38,104 bases of DNA from an uncultured Clostridia bacterium (GCA_946610655.1 CAMOCH010000003.1:1-38104), one strand, 5' to 3'. Counted from the first letter of the stretch, positions 29,698 to 38,104 are shown. Notes: generated by a model not told the origin, from the letters alone. Program-made: numbers and translations.

Positions 29698-30330
29698 TTA
29701 TTTGCTGCTTTTAACTGCTGAGCAAACTGTAACGATGCTGCCTTTTGCTCCAGGAATAGCTCCTTTAATCAAAAGTAAGTTACGTTCTGCATCTACTCTA
29801 GCGATTTCAAGATTTTGAATTGTTACTTTTTCGTTACCATAATGTCCTGGCATATGAAGACCTTTGATAACACGGCTCATTGATGATGTTGCACCAATTG
29901 AACCAACTTCTCTGTGAACTGGTCCAGTACCGTGAGTCATACGAAGTCTTCTTGCATTCCAACGAACGATTGTTCCTGAGAATCCGCGACCACGAGTGAA
30001 TCCTGATACGTCAACTTTGTCGCCAGCTTTAAATACACTGCATTTAACTTCTGCGCCAAGAGTTAATTGTTCATCGAGTTTAAATTCTTTTAAATATTTT
30101 TTAGCAGAGATGTTAGCTTTCTTAAAATGTCCAGCTTGTGGTTTTGTAACTCTGCTAGCCTTTTCATCAACAAAGGCAAGTTGTGTGGCGTTGTAGCCAT
30201 CTTTTTCTACTGTCTTAACTTGTGATACATAGCAAGGACCTGCTTCAACTACAGTTACAGGAACAAATGTGCCATTATCCAAGAAAATTTGAGACATACC
30301 AATTTTTTTGCCAAGTATAGCTTGTTTCAT
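29698..30330 (-). CDS. rplC: 50S protein uL3
   Basis: GKKIGMSQIF, PVTVVEAGPC, IKGAIPG. Confidence 0.98.
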   Translation of the reverse strand: MKQAILGKKIGMSQIFLDNGTFVPVTVVEAGPCYVSQVKTVEKDGYNATQLAFVDEKASRVTKPQAGHFKKANISAKKYLKEFKLDEQLTLGAEVKCSVFKAGDKVDVSGFTRGRGFSGTIVRWNARRLRMTHGTGPVHREVGSIGATSSMSRVIKGLHMPGHYGNEKVTIQNLEIARVDAERNLLLIKGAIPGAKGSIVTVCSAVKSSK

Positions 30331-30351
30331 TTTACTTTCTTTCCTCCTGTC

Positions 30352-30660
30352 CTATAGTTTAATGTTGATATCAACGCCAGCAGGAAGGTCGATTTTCATA
30401 AGAGAATCAACTGTTTTTGCTGATGGATTGAAGATATCAATAAGTCTTTTGTGTGTTCTCATTTCAAACTGTTCACGGCTATCCTTATGTTTGTGAACTG
30501 AACGCAAAATTGTTACAACTTCTTTTTCAGTTGGCATAGGGATTGGTCCTGATACTTTTGCACCTGCTTTTTTAGCAGTTTCCACAATTCTTGCTGCAGC
30601 TTGATCAACAAGGTCATGGTCATAAGCTCTAAGCTTAATTCTAATTTTTTGTGTTGCCAT
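30352..30660 (-). CDS. rpsJ: 30S protein uS10
   Basis: [26 protein letters not shown]. Confidence 0.99.
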   Translation of the reverse strand: MATQKIRIKLRAYDHDLVDQAAARIVETAKKAGAKVSGPIPMPTEKEVVTILRSVHKHKDSREQFEMRTHKRLIDIFNPSAKTVDSLMKIDLPAGVDINIKL

Positions 30661-30679
30661 TAACTATCCTCCAATTTTT

Positions 30680-30902
30680 ATTATATCTTTTCTTTGATGA
30701 TGCCTGCGCACACACCCTGGCTTTCAAAGATTGTTTCGCACTGGTCTTGCCAGCACTTGTCAGCAAAAGTTATCCCACATTGGGAGCAGGTAACCTCTTG
30801 CGTCGTCCCGAATGGTTTGGTATGCTCGCTTCTTTCGACTTGCTTAGCAAAGCTAAGTAGTATCGCAAAAGGGCATAAATATCCCAAAGCCACACACGCA
30901 GC
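30680..30902 (-). promoter_or_regulatory. Long structured 5' leader of the S10 operon (S10-Clostridia-like r-leader candidate)
   Basis: GC-enriched ~240-nt UTR; TGGCTTT/AAAGCCA long-range pairing; hairpins CTTAGC/GCTAAG, GTGCTGG/CCAGTGC, TCCCA/TGGGA. Confidence 0.7.
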
Positions 30903-30908
30903 GTTTAT

Positions 30909-30937
30909 ATAATACTACACACACGGGTGCGTGTCAA
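30909..30937 (-). promoter_or_regulatory. Sigma-A promoter of the S10 operon
   Basis: TTGACA-17 nt-TATTAT with A/T tracts upstream. Confidence 0.8.
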
Positions 30938-30984
30938 GACTTTTTTCAAAAATTTTTAAATATTTTTTTGCATAATTTTTCAAC

Positions 30985-31009
30985 AAAAAAACAGGGCTTT
31001 TTGCCCTGC
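30985..31009 (-). terminator. Intrinsic terminator upstream of the S10 promoter
   Basis: CAGGGC-AAAAA-GCCCTG-T7. Confidence 0.8.
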
Positions 31010-31045
31010 TATTATATATATTGATACGCGCGCATACGTACGTGT

Positions 31046-31080
31046 AATAAAAACCGGCGAAAATTCGTCGGTTTTATGTT
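31046..31080 (-). repeat. Terminator hairpin, copy 1 of a ~35-bp direct repeat
   Basis: aataaaaaccggcgaaaattcgtcggttttatgtt. Confidence 0.88.
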
Positions 31081-31592
31081 TATCCTTGCATATAATCGGC
31101 ATCTTTAACATCTTTCCAAAGCTTAGTTAATAATATTCCATCAATGTTAGCTTTATTTTCGAAATCTTCTTTTGTTTTAAAAATTTCATAACTTTTACCT
31201 TGTGTGAATTCAATACCATCGTCCACCAATAATACACCATAATACTTATTCTTGTAATAAAACTCTACTTCACTATACATATAGAGAGCTTCGATAAAAT
31301 CATCAAAATCTGGCAAAATTTGTTTACCTTCATTGTATAATCTTTTAGCTTTATTTAAAGAAACCATATTTGGATATTGAACACAATTTGGATTAACCCC
31401 TGGATTTTGCTCCCAACCACATATGTCACACTTTCCTTGTCCAAATTGATCAATATGAACTATGTTATTACAAACATCACAATTTTTAACATTTACTTTT
31501 TCATACGGATCATCATATTTAAAAAATTTAAAATCTTTTTTATTTAATCCTGTAACATTTCTGTTATGTTTTTCCCATTTAAACTGTTTCAT
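31080..31592 (-). CDS. Cys-rich CPCC-like protein, 170 aa, with an extra C-terminal domain
   Basis: ATG 31592 after AAGGA; CDVC..CDICGWE..PNMVSLNKAK matches the CPCC pattern; the ORF-track extension to 31997 overlaps rplA and is spurious. Confidence 0.7.
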   Translation of the reverse strand: MKQFKWEKHNRNVTGLNKKDFKFFKYDDPYEKVNVKNCDVCNNIVHIDQFGQGKCDICGWEQNPGVNPNCVQYPNMVSLNKAKRLYNEGKQILPDFDDFIEALYMYSEVEFYYKNKYYGVLLVDDGIEFTQGKSYEIFKTKEDFENKANIDGILLTKLWKDVKDADYMQG

Positions 31593-31640
31593 TTCTTTAT
31601 CCTTTGATGGTATTATATCATATAAACATAATTTTTGTAC

Positions 31641-31675
31641 AATAAAAAACCGACGAAATTCGTCGGTTTTATGTT
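31641..31675 (-). repeat. rplA terminator, copy 2 of the ~35-bp direct repeat
   Basis: aataaaaaaccgacgaaattcgtcggttttatgtt. Confidence 0.88.
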
Positions 31676-31677
31676 CA

Positions 31678-32367
31678 TTAATTAACTTTGTAAGCAACTT
31701 TAATTCCAGGTCCCATTGTGCTAGCAACGGCAATACTCTTAAAGTATGTTCCTTTTGCAGCTTGTGGTTTTGCTTTTGTAAGTGCATCAATAACAGCGTC
31801 ATAGTTTTCTTTAAGTTTTTCTGCACCAAAGCTCTTTTTACCAATAACAACGTGAACGATACCAAATTTGTCAAGACGATATTCAACTTTACCAGCTTTA
31901 ATATCTTTAAGTGCCTTAGCAACATCTGGAGTAACAGTTCCACTCTTTGGGTTTGGCATAAGACCTCTTGGTCCAAGAACTCTTGCGATACGTCCAACTA
32001 AGCCCATCATATCTGGAGTTGTGATACATGCATCAAAGCCAAGCCAACCTTCTTTGATAATTTTGTCAATCATGTCTTCTGCACCAACAAAATCTGCGCC
32101 ATTTGCTTTTGCAATATCAGCTTTATCGCCTTTTGCAATAACAAGAACTTTAACAGATTTACCAGTTCCGTTTGGAAGAACAACACTTCCACGAACTTGT
32201 TGGTCAGCATTTTTTGGGTCAACACCAAGTTTAACATGAAGTTCAATTGTTTCATCGAATTTTGCAGTAGAAGTTTCTACAGCAAGAGCCAATGCGTCAG
32301 CAACGTCATAAAGTTTTGTGCTATCAACTTTCTTGCTAGATTCTTCGTATTTCTTTCCGTGTTTCAT
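31678..32367 (-). CDS. rplA: 50S protein uL1
   Basis: [25 protein letters not shown]. Confidence 0.98.
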   Translation of the reverse strand: MKHGKKYEESSKKVDSTKLYDVADALALAVETSTAKFDETIELHVKLGVDPKNADQQVRGSVVLPNGTGKSVKVLVIAKGDKADIAKANGADFVGAEDMIDKIIKEGWLGFDACITTPDMMGLVGRIARVLGPRGLMPNPKSGTVTPDVAKALKDIKAGKVEYRLDKFGIVHVVIGKKSFGAEKLKENYDAVIDALTKAKPQAAKGTYFKSIAVASTMGPGIKVAYKVN

Positions 32368-32381
32368 ATTAGCTCCTCCCC

Positions 32382-32813
32382 CTATTCTTCTACAGTGATG
32401 CCCATTGAACGAGCAGTTCCTTTAACCATGCTCATTGCAGCTTCAAGGCTTGCAGCGTTAAGATCTGGCATTTTTGTTTTTGCAATTTCTTCAACTTGAG
32501 CTTTTGTTAATTTGCCGACTTTTTCTTTGTTTGGTTTTGCACTTGCTGCTTCAAGACCAAGAGCTTTCTTAATCAATACTGCAACAGGTGGTGTCTTTAA
32601 CTCGAAAGTAAAAGATCTGTCTTGATAGATTGTGATCACTACAGGAATGATAAAACCTGCTTGTGATGCTGTTTTGTCGTTAAATTCTTTTGTGAACATG
32701 CCAAGGTTGATTCCAAAAGGTCCAAGACGAGAACCTACTGGAGGAGCTGGTGTTGCTTTACCAGCTGGCAACTGCATTTTAACGACAGCTTGAATTTTTT
32801 TGACTGGTGCCAT
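32382..32813 (-). CDS. rplK: 50S protein uL11
   Basis: [18 protein letters not shown]; SD GGAGAG before ATG 32813. Confidence 0.98.
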   Translation of the reverse strand: MAPVKKIQAVVKMQLPAGKATPAPPVGSRLGPFGINLGMFTKEFNDKTASQAGFIIPVVITIYQDRSFTFELKTPPVAVLIKKALGLEAASAKPNKEKVGKLTKAQVEEIAKTKMPDLNAASLEAAMSMVKGTARSMGITVEE

Positions 32814-32840
32814 TTTTCTCTCCTTTGCGAATTTTCGCAA

Positions 32841-32879
32841 TGTGGTTTATTTGATGTGCTAAAATTTCACATCTCCCAC
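32841..32879 (-). promoter_or_regulatory. L1-binding autoregulatory leader before rplK
   Basis: GTGGGAGATGTG...CACATC-AAATAA-ACCAC, the GGGAG/ACCAC asymmetric-loop pattern of Firmicutes rplKA leaders. Confidence 0.75.
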
Positions 32880-32917
32880 TCATATCACAACTAGGGAGTC
32901 ACCCTAGGAGTAATCAA

Positions 32918-33442
32918 TTAAAGAACTTCGATTTGTTCAAAACCAAGTTCAACAGGTGTTGGTCTGCCAAACATTTCAACAGTAACTCTGCATTTTTGAG
33001 CTTCTGCATCAACACTTAAAACATCTCCAACAAATCCTTCAAGAGGGCCATTGATAACTTTAACTTTATCACCTGCTCCAACTTTAAGGTCGATATTAAC
33101 TTTTTCAAGTTTCATACGGCGTATTTCATCTTCTGTAAGAGGAAGAGGTCTTCCTTCTGGTCCAACAAATCCGGTTACGCCACGGGTATTAACTATAGAA
33201 TGCCACAAGCTATCACGATAACGCATTTTAAGTAAAACATAGCAAGGGAACATTTTGCGTTGAACAACTTTTTTCTTTCCATTTTTTTCTTCAATCACAT
33301 CTTCCATAGGAATTCTTGTTTCAATAATGTCATCTTGAAGACCATTTTTTTCAACAAGTTTGTTAATTCCATCAACAACCATGTTTTCATAGCCTGTAAA
33401 TGTGTGAATAATATACCATTTTGCTTCTTCTTTTTCTGCCAT
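32918..33442 (-). CDS. nusG: Transcription factor NusG
   Basis: KWYIIHTFTGYE, FPCYVL, GVTGFVG, MFGRPTPVEL. Confidence 0.98.
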   Translation of the reverse strand: MAEKEEAKWYIIHTFTGYENMVVDGINKLVEKNGLQDDIIETRIPMEDVIEEKNGKKKVVQRKMFPCYVLLKMRYRDSLWHSIVNTRGVTGFVGPEGRPLPLTEDEIRRMKLEKVNIDLKVGAGDKVKVINGPLEGFVGDVLSVDAEAQKCRVTVEMFGRPTPVELGFEQIEVL

Positions 33443-33452
33443 TTGGTATCTC

Positions 33453-33743
33453 CTATATCTTCATAATAAGTTTGATTAGCCAGCTAAATAAACTATCAAT
33501 TCCAAAAACAACCAAGCCAAAAATTAACACAACGGCAAGAACCATGCCTGTGTTTTTAACAACTGTTCCGAATTTTGGCCAAGTTACTTTTTTAAGTTCA
33601 CTAACAGTTTCTTTTGCTTTGTTTTTCTTTGGAACTTTATTAGCCTTAGCTTTTTTATCTTTTTTGTTCTTGCTTAAAGACTTTTTGTTTTCGTCCAAAC
33701 CAAGATCATTTTGAGTAGCATTAACTTTTTCGTTTTTAGCCAT
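33453..33743 (-). CDS. secE: Preprotein translocase SecE
   Basis: SELKKVTWP followed by a TM helix; upstream of nusG. Confidence 0.94.
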   Translation of the reverse strand: MAKNEKVNATQNDLGLDENKKSLSKNKKDKKAKANKVPKKNKAKETVSELKKVTWPKFGTVVKNTGMVLAVVLIFGLVVFGIDSLFSWLIKLIMKI

Positions 33744-33760
33744 GTTAATTCCTCACCCTA

Positions 33761-33910
33761 TTATTTTGTTTCTTTGTGTTCTGTGTGCTTTTTGCAGAAT
33801 GGACAATATTTGCTTAATGTGATTCTGTCTGGATCATTTTTCTTATTTTTGTAATTGTCATAATTGCGTTGTTTGCATTCTGTGCATTCTAGTGTAATTT
33901 TAGTTCTCAT
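33761..33910 (-). CDS. rpmG: 50S protein bL33 (not in ORF track)
   Basis: Hand translation [17 protein letters not shown]...[16 protein letters not shown]. Confidence 0.97.
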   Translation of the reverse strand: MRTKITLECTECKQRNYDNYKNKKNDPDRITLSKYCPFCKKHTEHKETK

Positions 33911-33960
33911 TATTTTTTCTCTCCAAAAAAATTAACACCTCCAAATTTAGGTGCGAAAAT

Positions 33961-33989
33961 AATATAACACACGGATGCGTTGTTGTCAA
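33961..33989 (-). promoter_or_regulatory. Sigma-A promoter of the rpmG-secE-nusG-rplKA unit
   Basis: TTGACA-17 nt-TATATT with extended TG. Confidence 0.8.
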
Positions 33990-34278
33990 TAAAAATTTTC
34001 AAATTTTTTTGATATATTTATATTATATAAAAAATAAAGGCGTGCACTCACCTGACATTATTAATTATGGTAAATAGCACGGCACTTTAAAAAAATATTC
34101 AAATTAATTAAATAAAATACGCAAAAAATTAAATGATTTATTAAATTTTGACCATTTTTTGTGCAATTTTTAAAATATTTTGCAGTTTTTAGCTGGTTAT
34201 TACATATATCATAACTCTTTATGCTTAAAAATTTGCAAAATTATATAAAATGTTCAAAAATTTATAATAAAAACAATT

Positions 34279-35298
34279 TTATAAAGGTAAAGATGATTGT
34301 GCTTCAAGTGTTTTTGGATCAACAATTGAATAATTATTGATAAAATTAAAATATCCTTTTGAGGCAATCATTGCGGCATTGTCTGTACACAAACTTATTT
34401 TTGGAGCATACACTTTTGCATTAATTGTTTTCGCCCTTTCTTCCATTCCAGTTCTAAGAGCCATGTTTGCGGAAACCCCACCAGCAAGAACAATCTTTTT
34501 ATAACCCAAGTTTTTGCACGCATCAACCGTTTTGGTTATAACCTGATCAACAGCTTCTTTTTGAAATGATGCACAAACATCTGGAACAGAAACAGTTTGA
34601 CCTCTTTGTTCTGCATTATGTAAATAATTTATAACAGCAGTTTTAAGCCCACTATATGAAAAGTTGTAATTTGTGTGTTTTTCATGAGGTTTGTTAATAA
34701 AAGTGATATTCGCTGAGCCCTGTGCTGCTTGACGTTGAATATTTGGCCCACCAGGATATTCAAGACCACATTCTCTTGCAACTTTATCAAAAGCTTCACC
34801 AATTGCATCATCAGTTGTTGTTCCAAGCAACTTGTGGTTTATATAATCTGTTTGCTCCAAAAGTGCAGTATGTCCACCAGATACAACCAAACACACAAAA
34901 GGTGGTTCAAGCTCTGGATATTCAATATAATTTGCGCAAATATGTCCTTGAATGTGATTCACAGCAATAAGAGGTTTTCCTGTTGCATATGCAAGTGACT
35001 TTGCAAAATTAACCCCAACAATAAGTGCACCAAGAAGCCCTGCCCCATAAGTTACAGCTATTGCGTCAATATCATCTAATGTCAAATTTGCTTTTTCAAG
35101 TGCTTCATTAAGTGCTCCGTCAATATTCATAACATGGTTTCTGCTTGCAATTTCTGGAACAACCCCACCATAAAGTTTATGTATATCAATTTGACTCGCA
35201 ACAACATTTGAAAGCACTTCTCTTCCATTTTTAACAATAGCAATTCCTGTGTCATCACAACTGCTTTCAATACCAAGTATGTAAATATCTTTTTCCAT
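34279..35298 (-). CDS. tsaD: tRNA t6A threonylcarbamoyltransferase TsaD
   Basis: ILGIESSCDDT, GGVVPEIASRNH, HIQGH, VSGGHT, TDNAAMIA; GGAG favours ATG 35298 over 35310. Confidence 0.97.
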   Translation of the reverse strand: MEKDIYILGIESSCDDTGIAIVKNGREVLSNVVASQIDIHKLYGGVVPEIASRNHVMNIDGALNEALEKANLTLDDIDAIAVTYGAGLLGALIVGVNFAKSLAYATGKPLIAVNHIQGHICANYIEYPELEPPFVCLVVSGGHTALLEQTDYINHKLLGTTTDDAIGEAFDKVARECGLEYPGGPNIQRQAAQGSANITFINKPHEKHTNYNFSYSGLKTAVINYLHNAEQRGQTVSVPDVCASFQKEAVDQVITKTVDACKNLGYKKIVLAGGVSANMALRTGMEERAKTINAKVYAPKISLCTDNAAMIASKGYFNFINNYSIVDPKTLEAQSSLPL

Positions 35299-35409
35299 TT
35301 TAATCTCCATTTTAATATCTTTATTGTATAATTTTGCAATTATTTAGCAATATTTTTGCAAAATTTAATATTTTTATAAACAATTACTGCAAAATCAGTT
35401 ATTTTATAG

Positions 35410-36499
35410 TTAATTTCTTAAATTTATCAAACTTTGTAAAATAAATTCTTCAATTTCTCCATCTAACACTGCAGTTGTATTGCTTGTTTGATAATTGGTT
35501 CTATGATCCTTCACCATATTGTATGGATGAAGCACATACGATCTTATTTGACTACCCCATTCAATTTTTTTATCTTGACTTTTTTGTTTAGCTTTTTCTT
35601 TCTCTTCTTCTTCTGTTTTCTTTTCAATAAGCTTACTTTTTAACATCTTCATTGCAAATTCTTTGTTCTGAAGTTGACTTCTTTCGTTTTGACATTGCAC
35701 AACAATACCAGTTGGAATATGAGTGATTCTCACAGCACTTTCTGTTTTGTTAACATGCTGACCACCAGCTCCACTACTACGATAAGTGTCTATCTTCAAA
35801 TCTTCAGCTTTAATTTCTATCTCATTATCATCTTCAATAACAGGGCTAACATCAACACTTGCAAACGATGTATGCCTGCGTTTGTTTGCATCAAAAGGCG
35901 AAATTCTAACAAGTCTGTGTACACCCTTTTCAAATTTCAAATTGCCATATGCGTGGTTACCACTGATATTCAAACATATATTTCTAACACCAGCACCATC
36001 ACCAGCCACTTTGTTAACAATTTCCACAGAATATCCTTGTCTCTCTGCATAGCGAATATACATTCTAGAAAGCATTTCTGCCCAGTCCTGTGCCTCTTCT
36101 CCACCAGCACCAGCATTGATATACAATATGCAGTCATTATCGTCCCATTTGCCGGTATACAAGGTCTGCAGATACAATTTGTTTACCCTATTTCTTAATT
36201 GGTCAATTTCAGCGTTTATATCTCCCATTTGAGCAATTTCTTCATTACTAAAATTTGAGAATAATTCTTCAAAATATTGCACACTAGAATTATTGTTTTC
36301 TAGTTCTTTTATTGTGTCTTCCAAATATCTTTTTTTAGAGCCCAAACTTTTTGCAAGTGCTTGATTCAAATAAAAATCTGGTGCCTCACATTGCTTATCT
36401 ATTTCTGCAAGTTTTGTTTTTAAAGCACCCTCGTCAAAGGCAGTGCATAACTGAGTTATGCAAACGTTTTATTTCTTCAAAATTTTCTCTAATATCCAT
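35410..36499 (-). CDS. prfB: Peptide chain release factor 2, programmed +1 frameshift at CTT TGA C (36439-36433)
   Basis: SPF and GGQ motifs; a 21-codon ORF from ATG 36499 ends CTT TGA; the +1 frame joins ORF 35410-36369. Confidence 0.96.
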
Positions 36500-36507
36500 A
36501 CACGCGT

Positions 36508-36536
36508 AGTATAACACAATAAACTTTTTTTTGCAA
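36508..36536 (-). promoter_or_regulatory. Sigma-A promoter of prfB, leaderless or near-leaderless
   Basis: TTGCAA-17 nt-TATACT with extended TG; 8 nt to ATG; no SD. Confidence 0.65.
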
Positions 36537-36537
36537 T

Positions 36538-36568
36538 AAAAAAGGTTATTGCGTTTGCAATAACCTTT
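36538..36568 (-). terminator. Intrinsic terminator after the orphan ORF
   Basis: AAAGGTTATTGC-4 nt-GCAATAACCTTT plus T-run. Confidence 0.88.
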
Positions 36569-36574
36569 TAATAA

Positions 36575-38104
36575 CTAAGCACCAAATGTCATTGACGAAT
36601 CTTCACTTTCTCTTGTTGGTGTTGTTCTTCCTTTTGCCTTGACTTTACCAAATTTATTAGCAAACCAAGAGAAGAGTCTTTTTGGAGCAGATTTAAATCT
36701 TTGAATGTTTGCTTCAACAGCAGCATTTGATTCACCCACTTTTTCATCAACAGCAGTATAGAATTCAACATCTTCGTCAGAAAGTTTTTCAACGCTTCCA
36801 TCCATATACTCTTGTATTGTTTTTGGTCTAGCAATTTCAATATATTTTTCTTTCAAGTTTTTCTTTTTGATATCTTTTTTTGTTGCGCTAGCAGCATTCT
36901 TAGATTTTGGATCAGCAAGTTCATTAAAATCTTCATAACCTGCATACTTTCTTTTTCTATTAAATTTAATCATTTCTTCAGTTCCTTGTTCAGGTTGATC
37001 AGAAATTTCCTTACCATTTTCAATTGTAAGTCCATTAACAACTCTTACTATTGCCGGTACAACTCTTCTTTTCTTAGAGTAATGTTTTGTAATTTCTCGT
37101 TTTTGTTCAGCGTCTTCACAGATTTGCTCTATTTGTGAATTCGATATATCTTGAGCTTCAGCAACAATATCTTTAGAAGATTCATTGGTATAAGAACCCT
37201 TAAACACACCTTCCAAAATTTCTCTATCTACTACACTATCAATACTTTCTTGAGTACTATAATTTCCTTTTGTGTAATATGGTCTCTTGGCAGGAATATT
37301 GTCATTAATTTTTTCTACCGTTTTGTCATCAAGTTTAAACTTATCTCTAAGGCTATTAACAATAAATTGTTTACGCAAATCAGGTATATTTTCATTATTA
37401 AATCCAACAACGCCTGCATTTTGTAATTCTGCAACTTGTTCATCAGTCAACACTTTGTTCATTTCAACTTCATAGTTTTTCCAGCTTGCTTCAACAACTT
37501 CAATTTGTTTTTTAATTTCTGGATAAACATTTTCCATTTTTGTAGCAATTTCACTAAGAGAAATAGTTTTATCAGTGTTTTTACCTTTGTCATCAACAAT
37601 ATGAACTTGTGTAACTTGATAATTTTTTGCAGCTTCTGTGTCAAGCAAAAGTTTCCTTAATTCTTCAGGGTTAAGGTTGTTATCTTTTGCAAGTTTTTCA
37701 ATCATTAAATCGTTAAATATTTGTTCTTTATCACCAATTTCATTAGCAATTTTTGCTTTTGCTTCTGCTGCAACTTGTCCAAGTTCTTTATCGGTGTTAT
37801 CATTCATTCGTTCTTGCAATTTTTGAACATAATTTCCTTGTCTATATTGAGCTTTCACTTGTTTATCTAAGTTTACAATAACATCTGTGCCATATTTTTT
37901 TGACAAAGTTTCATATTCATCTGCATTCATATTAGTTTCTGTCTTTTCTAATATATCGACAATATATGCAGCATCAACTCTAATCTTGTTTTGCTTTTGA
38001 GTTGGAGAAAGTTTCTTAAATTCTGCGTTATCTTTTAATTTTTCTTCAACAATAGATTCTGCATGAGACAATTTATCTTCTTCAGAAATTGCTTCTATGT
38101 ATTC
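36575..38104 (-). CDS. Large charged helical orphan protein; 5' end lies outside the window
   Basis: Frame stays open to the window edge (EYIEAISEEDKLSHAES...); ends ...KRLFSWFANKF...RESEDSSMTFGA. Confidence 0.82.
   Translation of the reverse strand, partial: EYIEAISEEDKLSHAESIVEEKLKDNAEFKKLSPTQKQNKIRVDAAYIVDILEKTETNMNADEYETLSKKYGTDVIVNLDKQVKAQYRQGNYVQKLQERMNDNTDKELGQVAAEAKAKIANEIGDKEQIFNDLMIEKLAKDNNLNPEELRKLLLDTEAAKNYQVTQVHIVDDKGKNTDKTISLSEIATKMENVYPEIKKQIEVVEASWKNYEVEMNKVLTDEQVAELQNAGVVGFNNENIPDLRKQFIVNSLRDKFKLDDKTVEKINDNIPAKRPYYTKGNYSTQESIDSVVDREILEGVFKGSYTNESSKDIVAEAQDISNSQIEQICEDAEQKREITKHYSKKRRVVPAIVRVVNGLTIENGKEISDQPEQGTEEMIKFNRKRKYAGYEDFNELADPKSKNAASATKKDIKKKNLKEKYIEIARPKTIQEYMDGSVEKLSDEDVEFYTAVDEKVGESNAAVEANIQRFKSAPKRLFSWFANKFGKVKAKGRTTPTRESEDSSMTFGA

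Noticed and set aside
30681-30893. 70-aa Cys-containing ORF as a possible leader peptide
   Set aside because: There is no SD, and the region is better explained as the structured S10 leader.
31046-31675. Repeat pair as a CRISPR array or IS ends
   Set aside because: Only two copies ~595 bp apart in direct orientation, with no cas or transposase gene.
31593-31997. N-terminal extension of the 305-aa ORF (possible rplA frameshift fusion)
   Set aside because: It crosses the rplA terminator, rplA has a normal C-terminus, and a promoter plus SD support the start at 31592.
35410-36499. prfB as a pseudogene or sequencing frameshift
   Set aside because: The break is exactly the canonical CTT TGA C programmed site.
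775-37826. Numerous short plus-strand and alternate-frame ORFs in the track
   Set aside because: They are antisense or frame shadows of clear genes, Phe/Leu-rich from complementary A-runs, with no recognisable motifs.

Overview
Low-GC (roughly 30% by eye), genetic-code-11 Firmicutes core region, most consistent with Clostridia; the lineage is inferred from gene order, the large SRP RNA and r-protein style. Almost everything is on the minus strand; the only confident plus-strand gene is a large Alu-domain SRP RNA (9106-9374). In minus-strand reading order, right to left, the window holds: a truncated orphan protein, prfB (+1 frameshift), tsaD, rpmG-secE-nusG-rplK-rplA, a small CPCC-type gene flanked by a duplicated terminator, the full S10-spc-alpha r-protein cluster (rpsJ to rplQ), a HopA1-like orphan, alkD-like, ung, a surface protein plus HtrA, acpP, an operon of HEPN-like/CBS, RluA, DUF1846, YigZ, recX and acpS, two large single-TM orphan proteins with twin promoters, and lgt (truncated). 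The most notable observations are: (1) the prfB frameshift has no internal Shine-Dalgarno, and a perfect hairpin sits in its place; (2) three large orphan proteins share a hydrophobic-x-hydrophobic-Gly C-terminal tail, and two share a conserved promoter, suggesting an undescribed export or surface system; (3) a stand-alone HopA1-like protein has a perfect consensus promoter; (4) an RxxxxH (HEPN-like)-CBS fusion lies divergent from the SRP RNA; (5) a terminator-duplication cassette occupies the place of the usual rplJL-rpoBC-str block; (6) several 50S proteins carry histone-H1-like extensions. All family calls come from motif recognition by eye; no searches were run.
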